Part shown: positions 12,560-26,049 of the stretch, piece by piece | How positions within the stretch are numbered: position 1 is the stretch's first letter | Layout: each line of letters opens with the position of its first letter | From: Anthoceros angustus | Lineage: Eukaryota > Plantae > Anthocerotophyta | Direction: 5' to 3' | Assembly: GCA_010909165.1 (NCBI GenBank) | Contig: MU008176.1 | Coordinates: 1 to 64,000, forward strand | DNA: 64,000 nucleotides | Position numbers and translations under genes: made by a program | Notes under the pieces: model-generated | The model's input: only the letters and a program-made list of their open reading frames with translations | What the model was told of the DNA's origin: nothing | The model's database searches: none

Positions 12560-13330
12560 ACTTACGTAGCCCTTGTTTGATGGTCTGAACAAGTCGTTCA
12601 GCCAAACCATCAGCTTGAGGATGGTCTCTGCTAGTGCATCGGTGATGAAATCTGATCTACACATCTTGGAATTCTCCCAGATTACAGTGCCTTGATCCGT
12701 CAAACACTCGCTTTTGACTACCAAAGCGAGAACATCTTTGCAAGAAGGTGAGAAGTGCCGGATGACTTGTCCGGTAGAGCCACAATTTATGCCCACTTGG
12801 AAAAATGTTCCACCATCACCATCACGTACACGTTGCCGCGAGGCGTCCTGGGCAAATCACCTATAAGATCGCAAGACCATCTGTAAAACAAGCCCATAAT
12901 GGGTAATGAATGCAGCTCGGCGGCTTGATGTTAAAGAAGACTTCTCATCGCCTTTATTCGCGACAAGCCACCATATCACGCACTTGAGCATACATCCCAA
13001 ACCAATGGAAATGAGGAGACAATAAGCTATATGTTCTCTTGACCCCAAAGTGGCCCATGTCAGAATGAGCACGCATGACCAAAGCTACTCGATCATGTGG
13101 TGCAGGAACGGTGACGAGCCCGTGAGACAAAGTGCGGATCAAATAGCCATCTTTCCAACGATCTGCCGCGCCGTATCGATCTCGTTGAAGTGTTGTGCAA
13201 TCAGCGAAACAATCCGTTTGAAGAAACGTCTGATGTGATCATCTTCCCATATATCACGCATGTGCCCGAAATCAGCAATAGGTTCTCCATGTCCCACACA
13301 TAGATTCCGCAAACATATTGCGGCTGTATA
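12560..13330 (-). pseudogene. Ty3/gypsy integrase relic (zinc-binding region plus core)
   Basis: VPAPHDRVALVMRAHSDMGHFGVKRTYSLL (12954-13142), CLTDQG, and ADGLAERLVQTIKQGLRK (~12565-12620). Upstream linker RDIWEDD (~13230-13270). Confidence 0.8.
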
Positions 13331-13539
13331 AGAAACTTGACCTGTGACCTCGTCATGGTCCTGCCTAGCGCACGTCTCATCCTCATCACAGAGCCGGGGA
13401 CCTCGAGATGTGAACGATGTGCAAGATGTGAAGGTTGTACAAGCGGTTGTTGCCAAAACTGAATGAATAATACAATTCAAAATGTTCACAAAAATGTGTT
13501 TAAATACTCATGACCTAGAGTCATGTTATTTCACTTCAA

Positions 13540-14320
13540 CTAAACATATTTAATCTAAATTAAATATATACAACCCTAAGTGTGACAGAGCTTGTTATCT
13601 TAACACTCCCTCTCAAGCTTCACGCTTAGGTATCGGTTTGTCCAAAGCAGTCTCCACAAAACAAAACAAAGCAAATAGTCCACCAGCTGCCAATGATTCT
13701 CCATGCATGAGGCGTCCTCCACTCTGTAATAGAAAACACATGTGCAGGCGTAGTTCTGTGCAGTTGAATTTGAAGAAAACTTATGAACAAACAACGAGAT
13801 AAATAACTCACATGGTTTATGCATGTAGCTTCATCCACTAAGTTATCGCTCCACAATAGCATTGAATTCATATCTTGAGTAATCACTGACCTAAGCCATC
13901 CATATGCTTATAGTGTTTTGGCTTTGAAAGTGCTTTAGTTAGAATGTCGGCCACATTATCATCTACATTCCAACAAAGCTAACCTTTGTTACCCCTCTAT
14001 CCTGACATCCACGATGTAGTGATGGGATATCTCTATATGCTTGAGTGCTTGGCGTGGGCGAGGGTTAGCAACCAAGGCAAGAGGCGACATGTTGTCGCAT
14101 GAAAATATGGGGTAGGATCACATTGTATACTTTGTCACCGCAAGAACCTCCTCTCCCATTCAGCCTCCTTGGTGGCTTCAGTGAGAGATTTATACTCTGC
14201 CTCCGTTGAAGACAAAGATATAGAGGGTTGTTTCTGTCGGGGATGGTGGAGCAGAAGAGAGCATGAAACTAAACATAAATTATGCATAAAAGAGAATGAA
14301 TAAAAAGTGTTGTCCAAGTG
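13540..14320 (-). mobile_element. Ty1/copia 3' fragment (RNase H, PPT, LTR edge)
   Basis: LSSTEAEYKSLTEATKEAEW (ORF 14135-14317) and degenerate DNVADILTKALSK near 13930-13960. The LTR/PPT junction TTAACA|CTCCCTCTCAAG is at ~13600-13617. Confidence 0.8.
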
Positions 14321-16250
14321 AATATAAGCCTATCCGCTAGGCTACGCACCCCTTCACTAAATAACCCAAACATAACTAACCTAGGGTAAACCTAAGCGAG
14401 TGAGGTTACCCCTCAACACCCTCCCTTAAGCGAGACGAGCTTAGGAGGCGTAAAGCGGGGGAGGCACAGGGGCTTGTGGCCAGTGGAGGGGGTCACAAGG
14501 CGGAGGCAGACACGTAAGAAATAACCAGCAGCACTCATCACTGCGAGGACGTGAGCTGGAGCAAAAGGAGCCTACTACAAATCTTAGCGGCCATATGCAC
14601 AGCTCCTTGTGATCGTCTTGGCGAGCAAGCGGCAGTGATCCTTGAGTGCGATGATACCGACCAAAGAAGAGGCCAGGCGCAGGGAGCAAGCACCGGCCCA
14701 AGGAGTGGGAGGTCCCACATTCGGGACTAACTTGAAAATCGGTGGTGGAAGGTCTTTGACGATATTTATCTTGAGCCGAAACCTGCGAAAGGCGTGGCTT
14801 GTCAGAATCTTGGAGATGAGGCCGGTTACTAAGGCCACTTGAGGAGGTCCAGCCCGGCGTGGGGCTGCCGATCAGAGAGGAAGAAAAAGATCACCGGCAT
14901 CCGGTGATTAAAATGTCGTGGGCTTCATCCACAGCTTACGGCATAGCAGCATGTTGTGGAGCTAACCCTCCCTGTCGTAGAACGCAGGTGCTGAAGACTA
15001 AGGAAGGGGGCCTACTAACATACATGCCGGGGCGTGAGCCTTACCGTGAAGTCCCACGATGTCCTGCAGCATATCATGTTTTGAGTCTAAAATAGGGTTG
15101 GTAGTTCATCAACCCTAGGCTCTGCATATGTTTTTGATGCTTGTCTTTAGATAGAGCCTTGGTCAAGATGTCTGCTGTATTATCATCAGTAGGCACATAG
15201 AGGATTTTAACTAGGCCCCTCTCAGCAACATCTCTGATATAGTGGTGGTGAACTTCAATGTGTTTCGTCCGAGCGTGGAAGCGGGGATTGGCAACAAGAG
15301 CAATGGCAGATTGATTATCGCAGTACAGGTGAGTAGGACCTGTTTGTGTCTGCCCAAGGTCATGGAGGAAGGACCGCTCCCATTCCACTTCTTTCGTAGC
15401 ATCCGTCAATGATTTATACTCAACTTCCATTACTTGAGGCGGTGCACAAATACATTTTCTGACTCTAATTGATGGTGGCCTGCTAGAATAAAACATATGT
15501 GGAGAGACTCTTGCGGGAGTCACTATCCGAGGCCCGATGCATCCGTGTACCCCCTCAAGCACAAGGTGAGGACTGTCCTGCGCTTATAGCATAAACCAAA
15601 GTAGTGTGTGCCTTTAAGATAGCGAAAAATTCTTTTCACAGCTGTCCAATGGGCACGTCCCGGATTGTCAAGAAATTGTGAGACGACTAAGTCACGAGTC
15701 TCGATCGATTCTTGTGAAGATCGGGCTATAACTGACAATAGGGCACATCGAGCATGTCCTGCTTATCGGAATCTGTTACAGGAGACTCGTATCTGGTAAG
15801 TTTCGTGCCTGCAGCACCTGGAGTAGGGGCTGGATGGGCCTGTCCCATGTTAAATCGATGTAGAATTTCCGCTATATACTTGTGTTGATGTATGATAAGC
15901 AGTCCCTCTGATCGAACCCTCAAGACCTGGATTCCTAAACAGAATAACAGGTCACCACTGTCAGTCATCTCAAAGGTGTTCCTTAATAGTGTCTTGACGT
16001 GTGACAGTATGGCAGGGTTACTGGCTGCAAGTATCACATCATCGACGTAGAGTGCTAGGAGAACATAGGAAGATCCATCTCGAAACACATAAACATTCGA
16101 GTCAGCTTTGCACTGTGTGAAACCCAGAGACTTCAGGGCAGTATCACATCTTTTGTACCAGCGTTCAGCACTTTGTTTAAGTCCGTACAGGCATTTGATT
16201 AACAAGCGGGTCGTGGTCGGGGTATTCCACGGTCAACGATTATAGGAACT
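14320..16250 (-). mobile_element. Ty1/copia 3' half (RT-RNase H-3'UTR-PPT-short LTR), apparently nested in the previous copia
   Basis: KCLYGLKQSAERWY..LALYVDDVIL..LGIQV (15726-16205), GRAHWTAVKRIFRYLKGT, EYKSLTDATKEVEW..LYCDNQSAIAL..TKHIEVHHHYIR..ADILTKAL (15074-15562). The LTR/PPT junction TCAACA|CCCTCCC is at ~14413-14425. Confidence 0.85.
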
Positions 16251-16254
16251 ACAA

Positions 16255-18320
16255 ATCTACATGACATGCTGGGCTCCTTGTGATCGTCTTGGCAGGAGCC
16301 CAAGCGAAGTGATCCTTGAGTGCACGATGCCAAAGAAGATAGCGCAGGCGCAAAGGGCACAAGGGCCAAGGAGGAGTGGGAGGAGTCCCACCTGATCGGG
16401 ACTAGCTTGAAAATCGGTGGCTGGAAGGTCTTTGTTTAACGTGTGTATCTTTGGGAAAACCTGCGAAAGGAGCGTGCTAAGCATCCAAGATCGGAGATGA
16501 GGCCAGTTTGCTAAGGCCACTTCAGGAGGTCCAGCGACTGTTGGGGCTGCTTAAGATACTGCAGGAGGAAGAAAAAGATCACCAGCAGCATCCAGGTGAT
16601 TAAAATGTCGTGGAGCTTCATCCACCTGGCTTACGGCATAGCAGCATGTTGTGGAGCTAACCCTCCCACGTGAACGCAGTCAAGACTAAGGAAAGGGGGC
16701 CTACTAATCATACTGGCGTGAGCCTTACCCAGTAAGTCCCTGATGCATCCAAGATATCATGTTTTGAGTCTAAAATAGGGTTGGTAGTTCATCAACCCTA
16801 GGCTCGTATATGTTTTGATGCTTGTCTTTAGATAGAGCCTTGGTCAAGATGTCTGTGCATCATCGGTAGGCACATAGAGGATTTTAACTAGGCCCCTCTC
16901 AAAGAACATCTCCGATATAGTGGTGGTGAACTTCAATGTGTTTCCGGTGGGCGGGGATTGGCAACAAGAGCAATGGCAGATTGATTATCGCAGTACAGGT
17001 GAGTAGGACCTGTTTGTGTCTGCCCAAGGTCATGGAGGAAGGACCGCTCCCATTCCACTTCTTTCGTAGCATCCGTCAATGATTTATACTCAACTTCCGT
17101 ACTTGACAGAGCAGTACTCGTCTGTTTTTTACAGCTCTAATTGATGGTGGCCTGTGCTAGAATAAAAACATATGTGGAGAGACTCTTGCGGGAGTCACTA
17201 TCCGAGGCCCAGTCTGCATCCGTGTACCCCTCAAGCACAAGGTGAGACTGTCCAGTGCGCTTATAGCATAAACCAAAGTAGTGTGTGCCTTTAAGATAGC
17301 GAAAAATTCTTTTCACAGCTGTCCAATGGGCACGTCCCGGATTGTCAAGAAATTGTGAGACAGTACTAATAGGTCTTTGCACATCGTCTCGATTCTTGTG
17401 AAGATCGAGTTTATGACGACAATAGAACTGTCGAGCATGTCATCCTTATCGGAATCATTACAGGGGCTCGTATACAGTAAGTTTCGCTGCGAGTAGTGGA
17501 TGGGCCTGTCCCATGTTAAATCGATGTAGAATTTCCGCTATATACTTGTGTTGATGTATGATAAGCGATCCTACCGATCAGAACCCTCAAGACTGGATTC
17601 CTAAGCGAATAACGAGTCACTGCTTGTCGATCATCTCAAAGGTGTTCCTTAATGTATATAGCGTGTGATGATGGCGAGATTCTTGGCTGCAAGTATCACA
17701 TCATCGACGTAGAGTGCTAGGAGAACATAGGAAGATCCATCTCGAAACACATAAACATTCGAGTCAGCTTTGCACTGTGTGAAACCCAGAGACTTCAGGG
17801 CAGTATCACATCTTTTGTACCAGCGTTCAGCACTTTGTTTAAGTCCGTACAGGCATTTGATTAACAAGCAGACGTGGTCAGGGTATTCACGGTCAACAGT
17901 TATAGGGACTTATCAAAATCCTGTGTCCTGACTTGTTTTTTATGTGTCAGGTCTTAGTCTCTGTGGCCACTCATGTTATTCATCATGAAAGCAGACCCCT
18001 GCACAATGTCAGCACTGAACTGAGTTTTTCCCATATGGTCCGCGTTCCTGAAGTTGAGTTGGTATTATCGAGTTCCTTGGTTGTAGTCTGGCCATGTTGG
18101 ATGATCTTTAATCTTATGGGTTTTATTCTTGGTGGGAGGCATGGGGTTTTGGTTGCAAACATACCTCCTGAAAGCAGTGGCCAAGGCATCCAGATGGATA
18201 CTAGCAGACCAATGACAGGGTGTTCTTGTGAAATTCCATATGTTGACAAGGTTGATTCTTTGGCTGTTTGTTTGTTTTCATTTCTTTTGGAGTTTCCTGA
18301 TTGTGTTCATCTTGGCAGAT
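16255..18320 (-). mobile_element. second, tandem copy of the same copia RT-RNase H segment plus integrase-RT linker
   Basis: 16270-17900 parallels 14600-16250, with the same KCLYGLKQS/YVDD and YTDADWASDSDSRKS motifs. 17930-18320 resembles a copia integrase-RT linker. Confidence 0.85.
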
Positions 18321-19437
18321 TCTGAATCCTTCGACTAGTGTAAGCGTATACATCCCTCATTTCAACATTGATCGGCTGAGGGAAGTCGATCACGGTGGCC
18401 CTGTGGGAGGGCATTGTGCAGAGTGAGTGTGATCAGTCATCGAGAGTTAACCGGGGAATGTGGCTAACACGATAATATTTGTTGGTGAATATACTGGCCG
18501 CTTTCAAACCCCGGACCAATTTGATTCATGCATCCCAAAACCCATGATTCTTAATGTTCTCGGTTTACGCATTTGGGTCTTATTCTTGTCGCGGTTTGGT
18601 CCGTTTGGACAAAATTTTGCCTCCGGTATGGTGCACGCAGGCGCATGTGTGTGGGCGGCGGCATGCGCTAAAAGAAACTCAACTTAACTAATATAAAACT
18701 ATAATTGGATCTCGAACTCGCGATCTATGATTCTTAGAGTTTTTACCACTTTACCAACTTTAGGAGACAACAAAATTTTATGATATGCAAATAACATATA
18801 TCAATGAAGGTGCCAATATGCTAGCACCCTATGCTCTTATGCTCCCTCCATAGGGGGCGCGTCCTTAAATAGGTTTTCTATGGCAGGTGCTGCGTTGCAT
18901 TAACACTAGGGCTTACAACCACTTGTCACGCACCCATGCACATTATGACTTACATATATTAGGCCACGATCGCTTGCTTGCGCAAGAGAATGAGAAAAAC
19001 ACACCACCTTTCACACTTCCGATCACGGCGACCTTGGTCGCTCACAAAGATGGTGTCCAACATACAAAAACGTATTCAATTGCTATGACCTCTGTAGAAA
19101 GATAGTCGCGGCCTACGGAGCTCGAGAATAGGGAAGAAACTTGGCGTGTCATGTCTCTCTTCTCCATTCCGATTCAAGTGAAATTTGAGATCATGAATAT
19201 TAGGGCATGGGTAATTTCAAGCAGTGCTTAGAAAACCTTTGAAATTTAAAATAATTTCCATGATTTTGAGTTCAAGTATACAAATTATTAGAATAAGGAA
19301 TTTAAACCAAACCAATCACTTTTACAACACATACTATGCTCTCATTTCATACATATATTAATATATTACCTATTCTACACAACATGAAAAGTCACATTAC
19401 CTATTTCACAAGATGCTCTCATTTCACACATGGCACA

Positions 19438-19505
19438 GCGCCCACCTAGAAGACTTGAACTCAAGACCTCTTATTTCCAACTTTAGGGCTTACCACTCCA
19501 TTAAC
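19438..19505 (-). other. tRNA-like head (degenerate tRNA-derived SINE or tRNA pseudogene)
   Basis: The reverse complement reads TGGAGTGGTAAG (A-box-like) ... GAGTTCAAGTC (B-box-like) at tRNA-like spacing. The cloverleaf stems are not intact. Confidence 0.35.
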
Positions 19506-19996
19506 TTTCCATGTACAAATAATTGAGGGACAAAGTATATATGTTGAAATGAGGCGCCGGCCTCATCCCTCATTTTTCTTCTTCTTCTTCATCATGCCCT
19601 TATGCTCCCCATGCTCCTTGTTTTTGATAGCCATGGAGAAGCCATCACGTTCGGGTTTCTTAGCCACTAGCCTAGGGTGTCTAGCATGTTGAGCGGTCAG
19701 GAGAAGCCATTACAGTTCGTAGTTTTCGGCGAAGGAAGTGTTTGTTGGACGTCCGGTCATTGCCAAAGGCCATGAATCTTGGCGCCGGCATCGGCGCCCA
19801 CGTAACCTTTGAGCATGACTTGGGCGCCGGCATGGCGCCTAGGTGTGTCACTTACGGCGTGTTTAGGGTCTTCACGCCCTCGGTTTGTACACAATGACAT
19901 CGACCGTATGCGGATTGGATGTATAGCACGCATATAGAAATAGCCGTATGCATTCCCTTGATCTTCTGCGAGATGGTCGCCCATGTTCATTTCTTG

Positions 19997-22900
19997 TTGT
20001 TTAACGAATGGCATGCACTAACGACATGGGCATCATTTCCATTGAAAACAATGGTCTACCAGAGGTCAAATCCTTCGCTCTACCATTGTAAGCCGCTAAA
20101 ATATATAAAATTCTCTCGACACCCTAATTGTGTGCCTTCTTGCGGTATGCTCAAATACACATTTCAATGCCATCGAAACCCGTTTGCGTATATTCACGTC
20201 AAAAGCCGCTTGATGTATATTCAGCCGCTTCAAATATTATCTTTGTTAGGTAGGTAGCACCTTTGGATATCGTATTGCGACATGTAGCAAATGGAAATGG
20301 AAGTGGCTTTGAGGCGGCTTCTTGAGATCTCAGTGCAGGGGTGGAGTATGATAGAAAGAAAATGGAGCATAAAAGTTTGGGCAACCAGCCCAAAAGAGCC
20401 AAGACGAACCGGTTTAATTTTTTTTGGCTAAAAGCGATTGAAGGGAGCATGTCAGAAATTTTAAGGAAGCTTGGGTTGGAGTTGTAGGATATTGTTAGGA
20501 AGCTACGGACGGATATCCCGGGAGAGAGCGGGTCGAAACGACCCCCAGGCGGGAAAGGCGGTCAGAAGATCGGTGGGGGTGGGACTCTGGCCGTGAGGGG
20601 CGTGGGGGAGAAAGGAGGCGGACTACGGCGGTGGCGGAACTACATGACAAGCTGACGAAATCTCGGCTAAAAAGGGAAATTAGAATAGAAGGGGGATATC
20701 CACTATATATGCTCATCAATAAGGGAATAAATATATAAGGTAATTAAGCGATTAATTAGAGATAGTAGGCAAAATAGGAAATAGGCAGCATAGATAGGAT
20801 TAGGATTTTGGAATGATGGGCTGATCTAGGGTTGTGCGGCCTCGGTGCAGCCATCCAAAGAAGGCAAAGTGCGTTGGGCGGCAACTTCCTCTTGAGGCGT
20901 CCTCACTCCATGTTGGAGGCCGGAGGCGTAAGGAGAAGGAGAAAAGCGGACATTACTGGCCTTGTGGAATGGGGTTTGCATCCAGAAGATGCAAGAGGCC
21001 ACATTACCCTCTGTCGTTATAGTCCTAAGATTCGATCCCAAGGGAATGGTTTTGTGCCAAGATGTTCTAAAACTATGGACTCTAGCCCTACCACGATCGA
21101 TCACTACCCCTCCTTATTCATGCCCAAATCCACCACGTGGAGACAACCACCGTAGTGGGTGGTTCAACCTGTGGCGGGCCCCGCAGTCGCCCTCGTGTCG
21201 GGTGACTATATTGTCACCGGCTTCTAGCCTTGATCCTTGGGGCTATGGACATACACACACCATGCACCCTTGGCCAGGGTGGCGATCGGATCTTTTCCGG
21301 GGTTATGCCACGACCTCGAATGCATGGCGCCTTCCGCCGCTAGTTCCCCAGTTCCGCCACTCTTCCACTCTTCGCTCATTCCCATTTCCCCCACGCACAC
21401 AATCCCTTGGCGCACTCAACTCTCCTTTGGGACCTTCCACTCCCAAATAAATCTTCTCTCCCCTCCACCTTGGGCCACAGACCCCTCTCGGGCCCTCTTG
21501 GGGACCCCTCTTGGGCCACCAGACCCCCTCTAGGAATAAAACACGCTGGGCGGCTTGGGAAGGAAGAGCAGGAAGAAAATAGTGGTGCGCGTCCGGCGAT
21601 TCGCCTCGACCCTCGCGGCAATTCCTACCTCTTCCGTTGTTTAACGAATGGCATGCACTAACGACATGGGCATCATTTCCATTGAAAACAATGGTCTACA
21701 GTAGGTCAAATCCTTCGTCTACCATTGTAAGCCGCTAAAATATATAAAATTCTACGACACCCTAATTGTGTGCCTTCTTCAGGTATGCTCAAATACACAT
21801 TTCAATGCCCATCGAAACCCTGCTGCGTGATATTCACGCTAAAAGCCGCTTGATGTATATTCAGCCGCTCAAATATTATGTCGTGGTAGCACCTTTGATA
21901 TCGACAAAGATGTGATGCAAATGGAAATGGAAGTGGCTTTGAGCAGCGGCTTGCTGAGATCTCCCGAGTACGGGAATTGGAGTATGATAGAAAGAAACAG
22001 TGTGGAACGCAAAAGTTTGGGCAACCAGCCCAAAAGAGCCCGAAGACGAACCAGTTTAATTTTTTTTGGCTAAAAACGATTGAAGGGGAGCATGTCAGGA
22101 AATTTTCTGGGAAGCTTGGAGTTGGAGTTGTAGGATATTGTTAGGAAAGCTTGACATCCCAGATAGAGAATCCGGTCGAACGACCTGTGCGAGAGCGGGA
22201 AAGGCTCCAAAGATCGGGGCGCATCACCGCCGTAGGGTTGCCACCCCTCACGCCGGTAGGTCGAGAAAGGAGGCGACTATCACAGTCGCGACTACCGCGG
22301 TAGGTCACTCAAATCTCGCTAAAAGGGAAATTAGAATAGAGGGGGGATATCCACTGTATATGCTCATCAATAGGGGAATAAATATATAAGGTAATTAGAA
22401 GGCGATTAATTAGAGATAGTAGGCAAAATAGGAAATAGGCAGCATAGATAGGATTAGGATTTTGGAATGATGGGCCAGATCTAGGGTTGTGCGGCCTCCA
22501 GGTGGCAGCCATCCAAAGAAGGCAAAGTGCAGTTTGGGGCAGCGCCAACTTCCTCTTCGAGCTGAGGCGTCCTCACTCCGCGAAGAGCTGGAGCTGGAAC
22601 TGGAGCGTAAGAGGAGAAGGAGAGAAAAGCGGACATTGCGCGCTGTGGAATGGGGTTTTGCATCCGAAGATGCAAAGAGGCCACATTTACCCTCTATGTC
22701 GTTATAGTCCTAAGATTCGATCCCAAGGGAATGGTTTTGTGCCAAGATGTTCTAAAACTATGGACTCTAGCCCCACCACGATCGATCACTACCCCTCCAG
22801 ATTCGCCACCATGCCCAAATCCACCACCGTGGAGACTCAACCACCGTAGTGGCTGGTTCAACCATCGTAGCGGGTCCACCCATGCGCCTGCGGTCGCTGG

Positions 22901-23250
22901 GTGACTATTTGTCACCGGCTTCCGCGCACCCTTGGGGCTATGGACATACACACACCTACATGCACCCTTACTGGGCTCGGTGACCGCGATCGATCTTCCT
23001 TTATGCACCACGACTGAATGCCGCAATGTCCACTAGTTCCCTCGCTCCCACTCACTTCCACTCTTCTTCATTCCTGATTTACACGCACACACACAATCCT
23101 CATCACATTAATTAATCCTCCTTTCGGGACCTTCCACTCTAAATAAATCTTCTCTCCTCCACCTTGGGCCACAGACCCTCTCTGGGCCACACAGACTCTC
23201 TTGGGCCACATGACCTCTAGGAATAAAACACGCCTGAGGCGCACTTGGGA
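19997..23250. repeat. ~1.64 kb tandem duplication of an unassigned TE-like segment
   Basis: TTGTTTAACGAATGGCATGCACTAACGACATGGGGC occurs at ~19997 and ~21637, and the two units stay collinear (e.g. RFDPKGMVLCQDVLKLWTLA at ~21030 and ~22715). Confidence 0.85.
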
Positions 23251-23449
23251 AGGAAGAACAGAAGAAAACACTGTCAAGGCTTTGGCGATCCGCCTCCGCC
23301 TCCCAGCCTCGCTGCACTTCCACCTCTGCCGGCGCCTGCCACCTTCCACCACCCATCGTGGAGCTGGCCACCCGGCCTCACCACCTGTGATCTTCCCGCC
23401 TCTTGTGACGAAGGCAAGCAGATCACACGAGTTTGAGACCGGGTCTCGA

Positions 23450-25460
23450 TCGCCTCCAACCAACCTCGCGCATTAGCTCAACAGCACCCCTACCAATCCC
23501 AATTCTAAAATTGTCCTCTTAAGAGAGACACCAAAGGGTCTCTTTCATCTAGTCCCTGCCGCCACGCCTCACCAGAACCGGCGCCACATCGCCTGCCACG
23601 CTATGCTCAGGTTTCTACATCCAAGGTCCGCCTCCTCCTCACTGGACAACCATAGCCTGCAGTTCTCCTCCATGCTCGCCTCCGCCGCTCATCTCCTCCA
23701 AAGACCACTATGAGGGTAGGCGCCAGCCCTATTCAAGGAACCACGTAAACGCCTGTGGCGGTCAAGATGTGTAGCCGAGTTTCCGCCCCTCTGTCCCAAC
23801 AACCATACACGCTAGAGTGAGCACCCACCACCATGCAGTGGCTGTGACATGAGCATCCTCATCCGACGCCGCAAAGACAATACGCCTTCCGACATGTAGG
23901 TCCTTACCTCTCCTCCTGGACAATCCTGGCCGGCCGCCGGGTTTGTGGATCTGCCTCCCATCTGCATCTTGCTTGGCTTCCCCACCTCGGTTCCTCCTTC
24001 CGCGACGGTGGTTTGGCTTAGCCACCGTGGTGGTTACTTCCCCACGGTGGTTGCTTCACTGCTACCGGATGTTGCTGCCTTCTCTGCTTACGCCTCTCTT
24101 GACTCGGCCCTAGCTTCGCCTCTCTCCCGCTTGTATCTCTCCGCCAGCCTTCTTGAATTTCTCCAGGCGCCATTGTTTCCACTGCCTCGGACTCGCGAGA
24201 CCTCATCTTGAAGCTCCTCAATTGTAGCATGCGCCTTGACCTCGATTCACTAAGGCCTCCTGCTGGGTGGACATGGCCCTTAGCCGCCTCGTGCCTTGCA
24301 TAGGGCCGCCTGACTCCGCCCCCTCCGCCACCTTGTTCTCGCCTTCCAGGCTCTCCAACTTTCCTTGAGCGAGTTTGATCGTCGCGTCTCCAACCAACCT
24401 CGCGCAGCTTCAACACGGAAGTTCACACAGATTATGCATTAAGAGACTCTCAAGGGTCTCTTATACATGTGTGGTTCCACGACTCACTCTCGATGTCTAG
24501 AAAATTGGCTCTACCACGGCACCCCTACCAATCGGCAACTCTCTGCGGGTCCTCAAACATCCTATCCCCTAACCCCAAAAGCCCGGACCTATGATGTCGC
24601 TCCCTAAAATCAGTTCGCCTCATGATTCTTTGCCTAGCTCTACCCCATAGGGGTCCCTCGCTCTCTGCGCCTCGATCCGATTTTCCCCAAAACCTCCACC
24701 TCGCTCTCGGCTGCTGCGGTTTCCCGCGCCTTCCATGGGCGTTGCGCGCGGCCTCTACATTTGTCCGCTCCTCCTCCAGCAGCCACGTGCTCCTCCTCCA
24801 TGCTCGCTCGCTCATTTCGCTCATCTCACCACTTGGGTAGGCCCAGCTCATTCGGAAGAACCCAGTAGCGTGGCAGTCAAGATGTGCAAGTTTACGCCCC
24901 TCTGTCCCAACAACCACATACACATTTAGAGTGAGCACCGCTCACCATGCGACGGCCGAGGACATGAGCATCCTCATCGCCCGCGCTGTCGCCCTTCTCT
25001 GGAGGTCCTTACCCTCTCCTCCCGTGGACAATCACAGGCGGTGCTTGGGTTTCGAGGATCGCCTCCCCATGCGGTACTCATCGGTGGCTTCCCCACCTCG
25101 GTTCCTCCTTCATGGTGGCGGTTTAGCCACCGTGGTGGTTCCCCCAGTGGTGGCTTGACTCTGCGGTTGGATGTTGCGCCTTCTTGGTTTGGCCTCTCTC
25201 TTGACTCGGCCCTAGCTTCATCTCTCTCGCTTGTATCTCTCCATGACTTCTTGAATTTCTCAGGCGCCATTGTTTCCACTCCAGGACTCGCGAGACCTCA
25301 TCTTGAAGCTCCTCAATTGTAGCATCGCCCCTTGACTGATTCACTAAGGCCTCTGTTGGGTGGACATGGCCCTTAGCCGCCTCGTGCCTTGCATAGGGCC
25401 GCCTCGCATTCCGTCTGCGCTCCTCACCTTGTTCTCGCCTTCCGGGCTCTCCAACTTTCC
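23450..25460. repeat. ~1.0-1.1 kb diverged direct repeat
   Basis: GTCAAGATGTG..CGCCCCTCTGTCCCAACAACCA at ~23762 and ~24877. Collinear through CTTGAAGCTCCTCAATTGTAGCAT (~24207 and ~25302). Confidence 0.8.
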
Positions 25461-26049
25461 TTGAGCAACTTTCCTGTTGTCACTCGGCCGGTGAGAGCCA
25501 TGGTCGCTCGGTCGAGGAGATCACTGCGTCGAGCCATGGGCCAAGTCGGGGCTGCAGATTCTTGGGCTGCCCGTGCCCATTCCCTCCACAACAATTCGCC
25601 GCGGTGTCACTATCTCCGCCCGGTAGGACGGGTCGGTGAAATGTCGCCAAAATGTTCCGATCCGTCGCGACTTGGCTATTAACCCCTCTTCTTCTAGGGG
25701 TTGGTTTGCCACCGCCTCCTCCGCCTCCAATCTCTCCTAGCGCCGACTCATCCTGCACCGAGAGGGGAACAACTTGTGCTTCCTTTATTTTCTCCTCCTT
25801 CACCTGCCGATTTCGACCGGTGACCCTAGGTGTAGTCAGGTTCCTCTTCTCACGGCCGCCCTTCCTTCTTCGCCGACCCGCTCGCCGCCTCCGCTTCTTG
25901 CCCTTGGAAACCTCCCCACCTTCATCCGAATCTTCTAGGGAGGCGATTCCCAACCGCTAGAATCCTTCCCTAATCCTTACACTCCTCCTCCTCTACCTTG
26001 AGTTCCCCGACCGCTTCCGCCTATGAAGGGCGTATACGCCCAACTCCGT

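Noticed and set aside
14370-14400. Telomere-like TAGGGT/AACCCTA motifs here and scattered elsewhere
   Set aside because: They are isolated single motifs with no tandem array.
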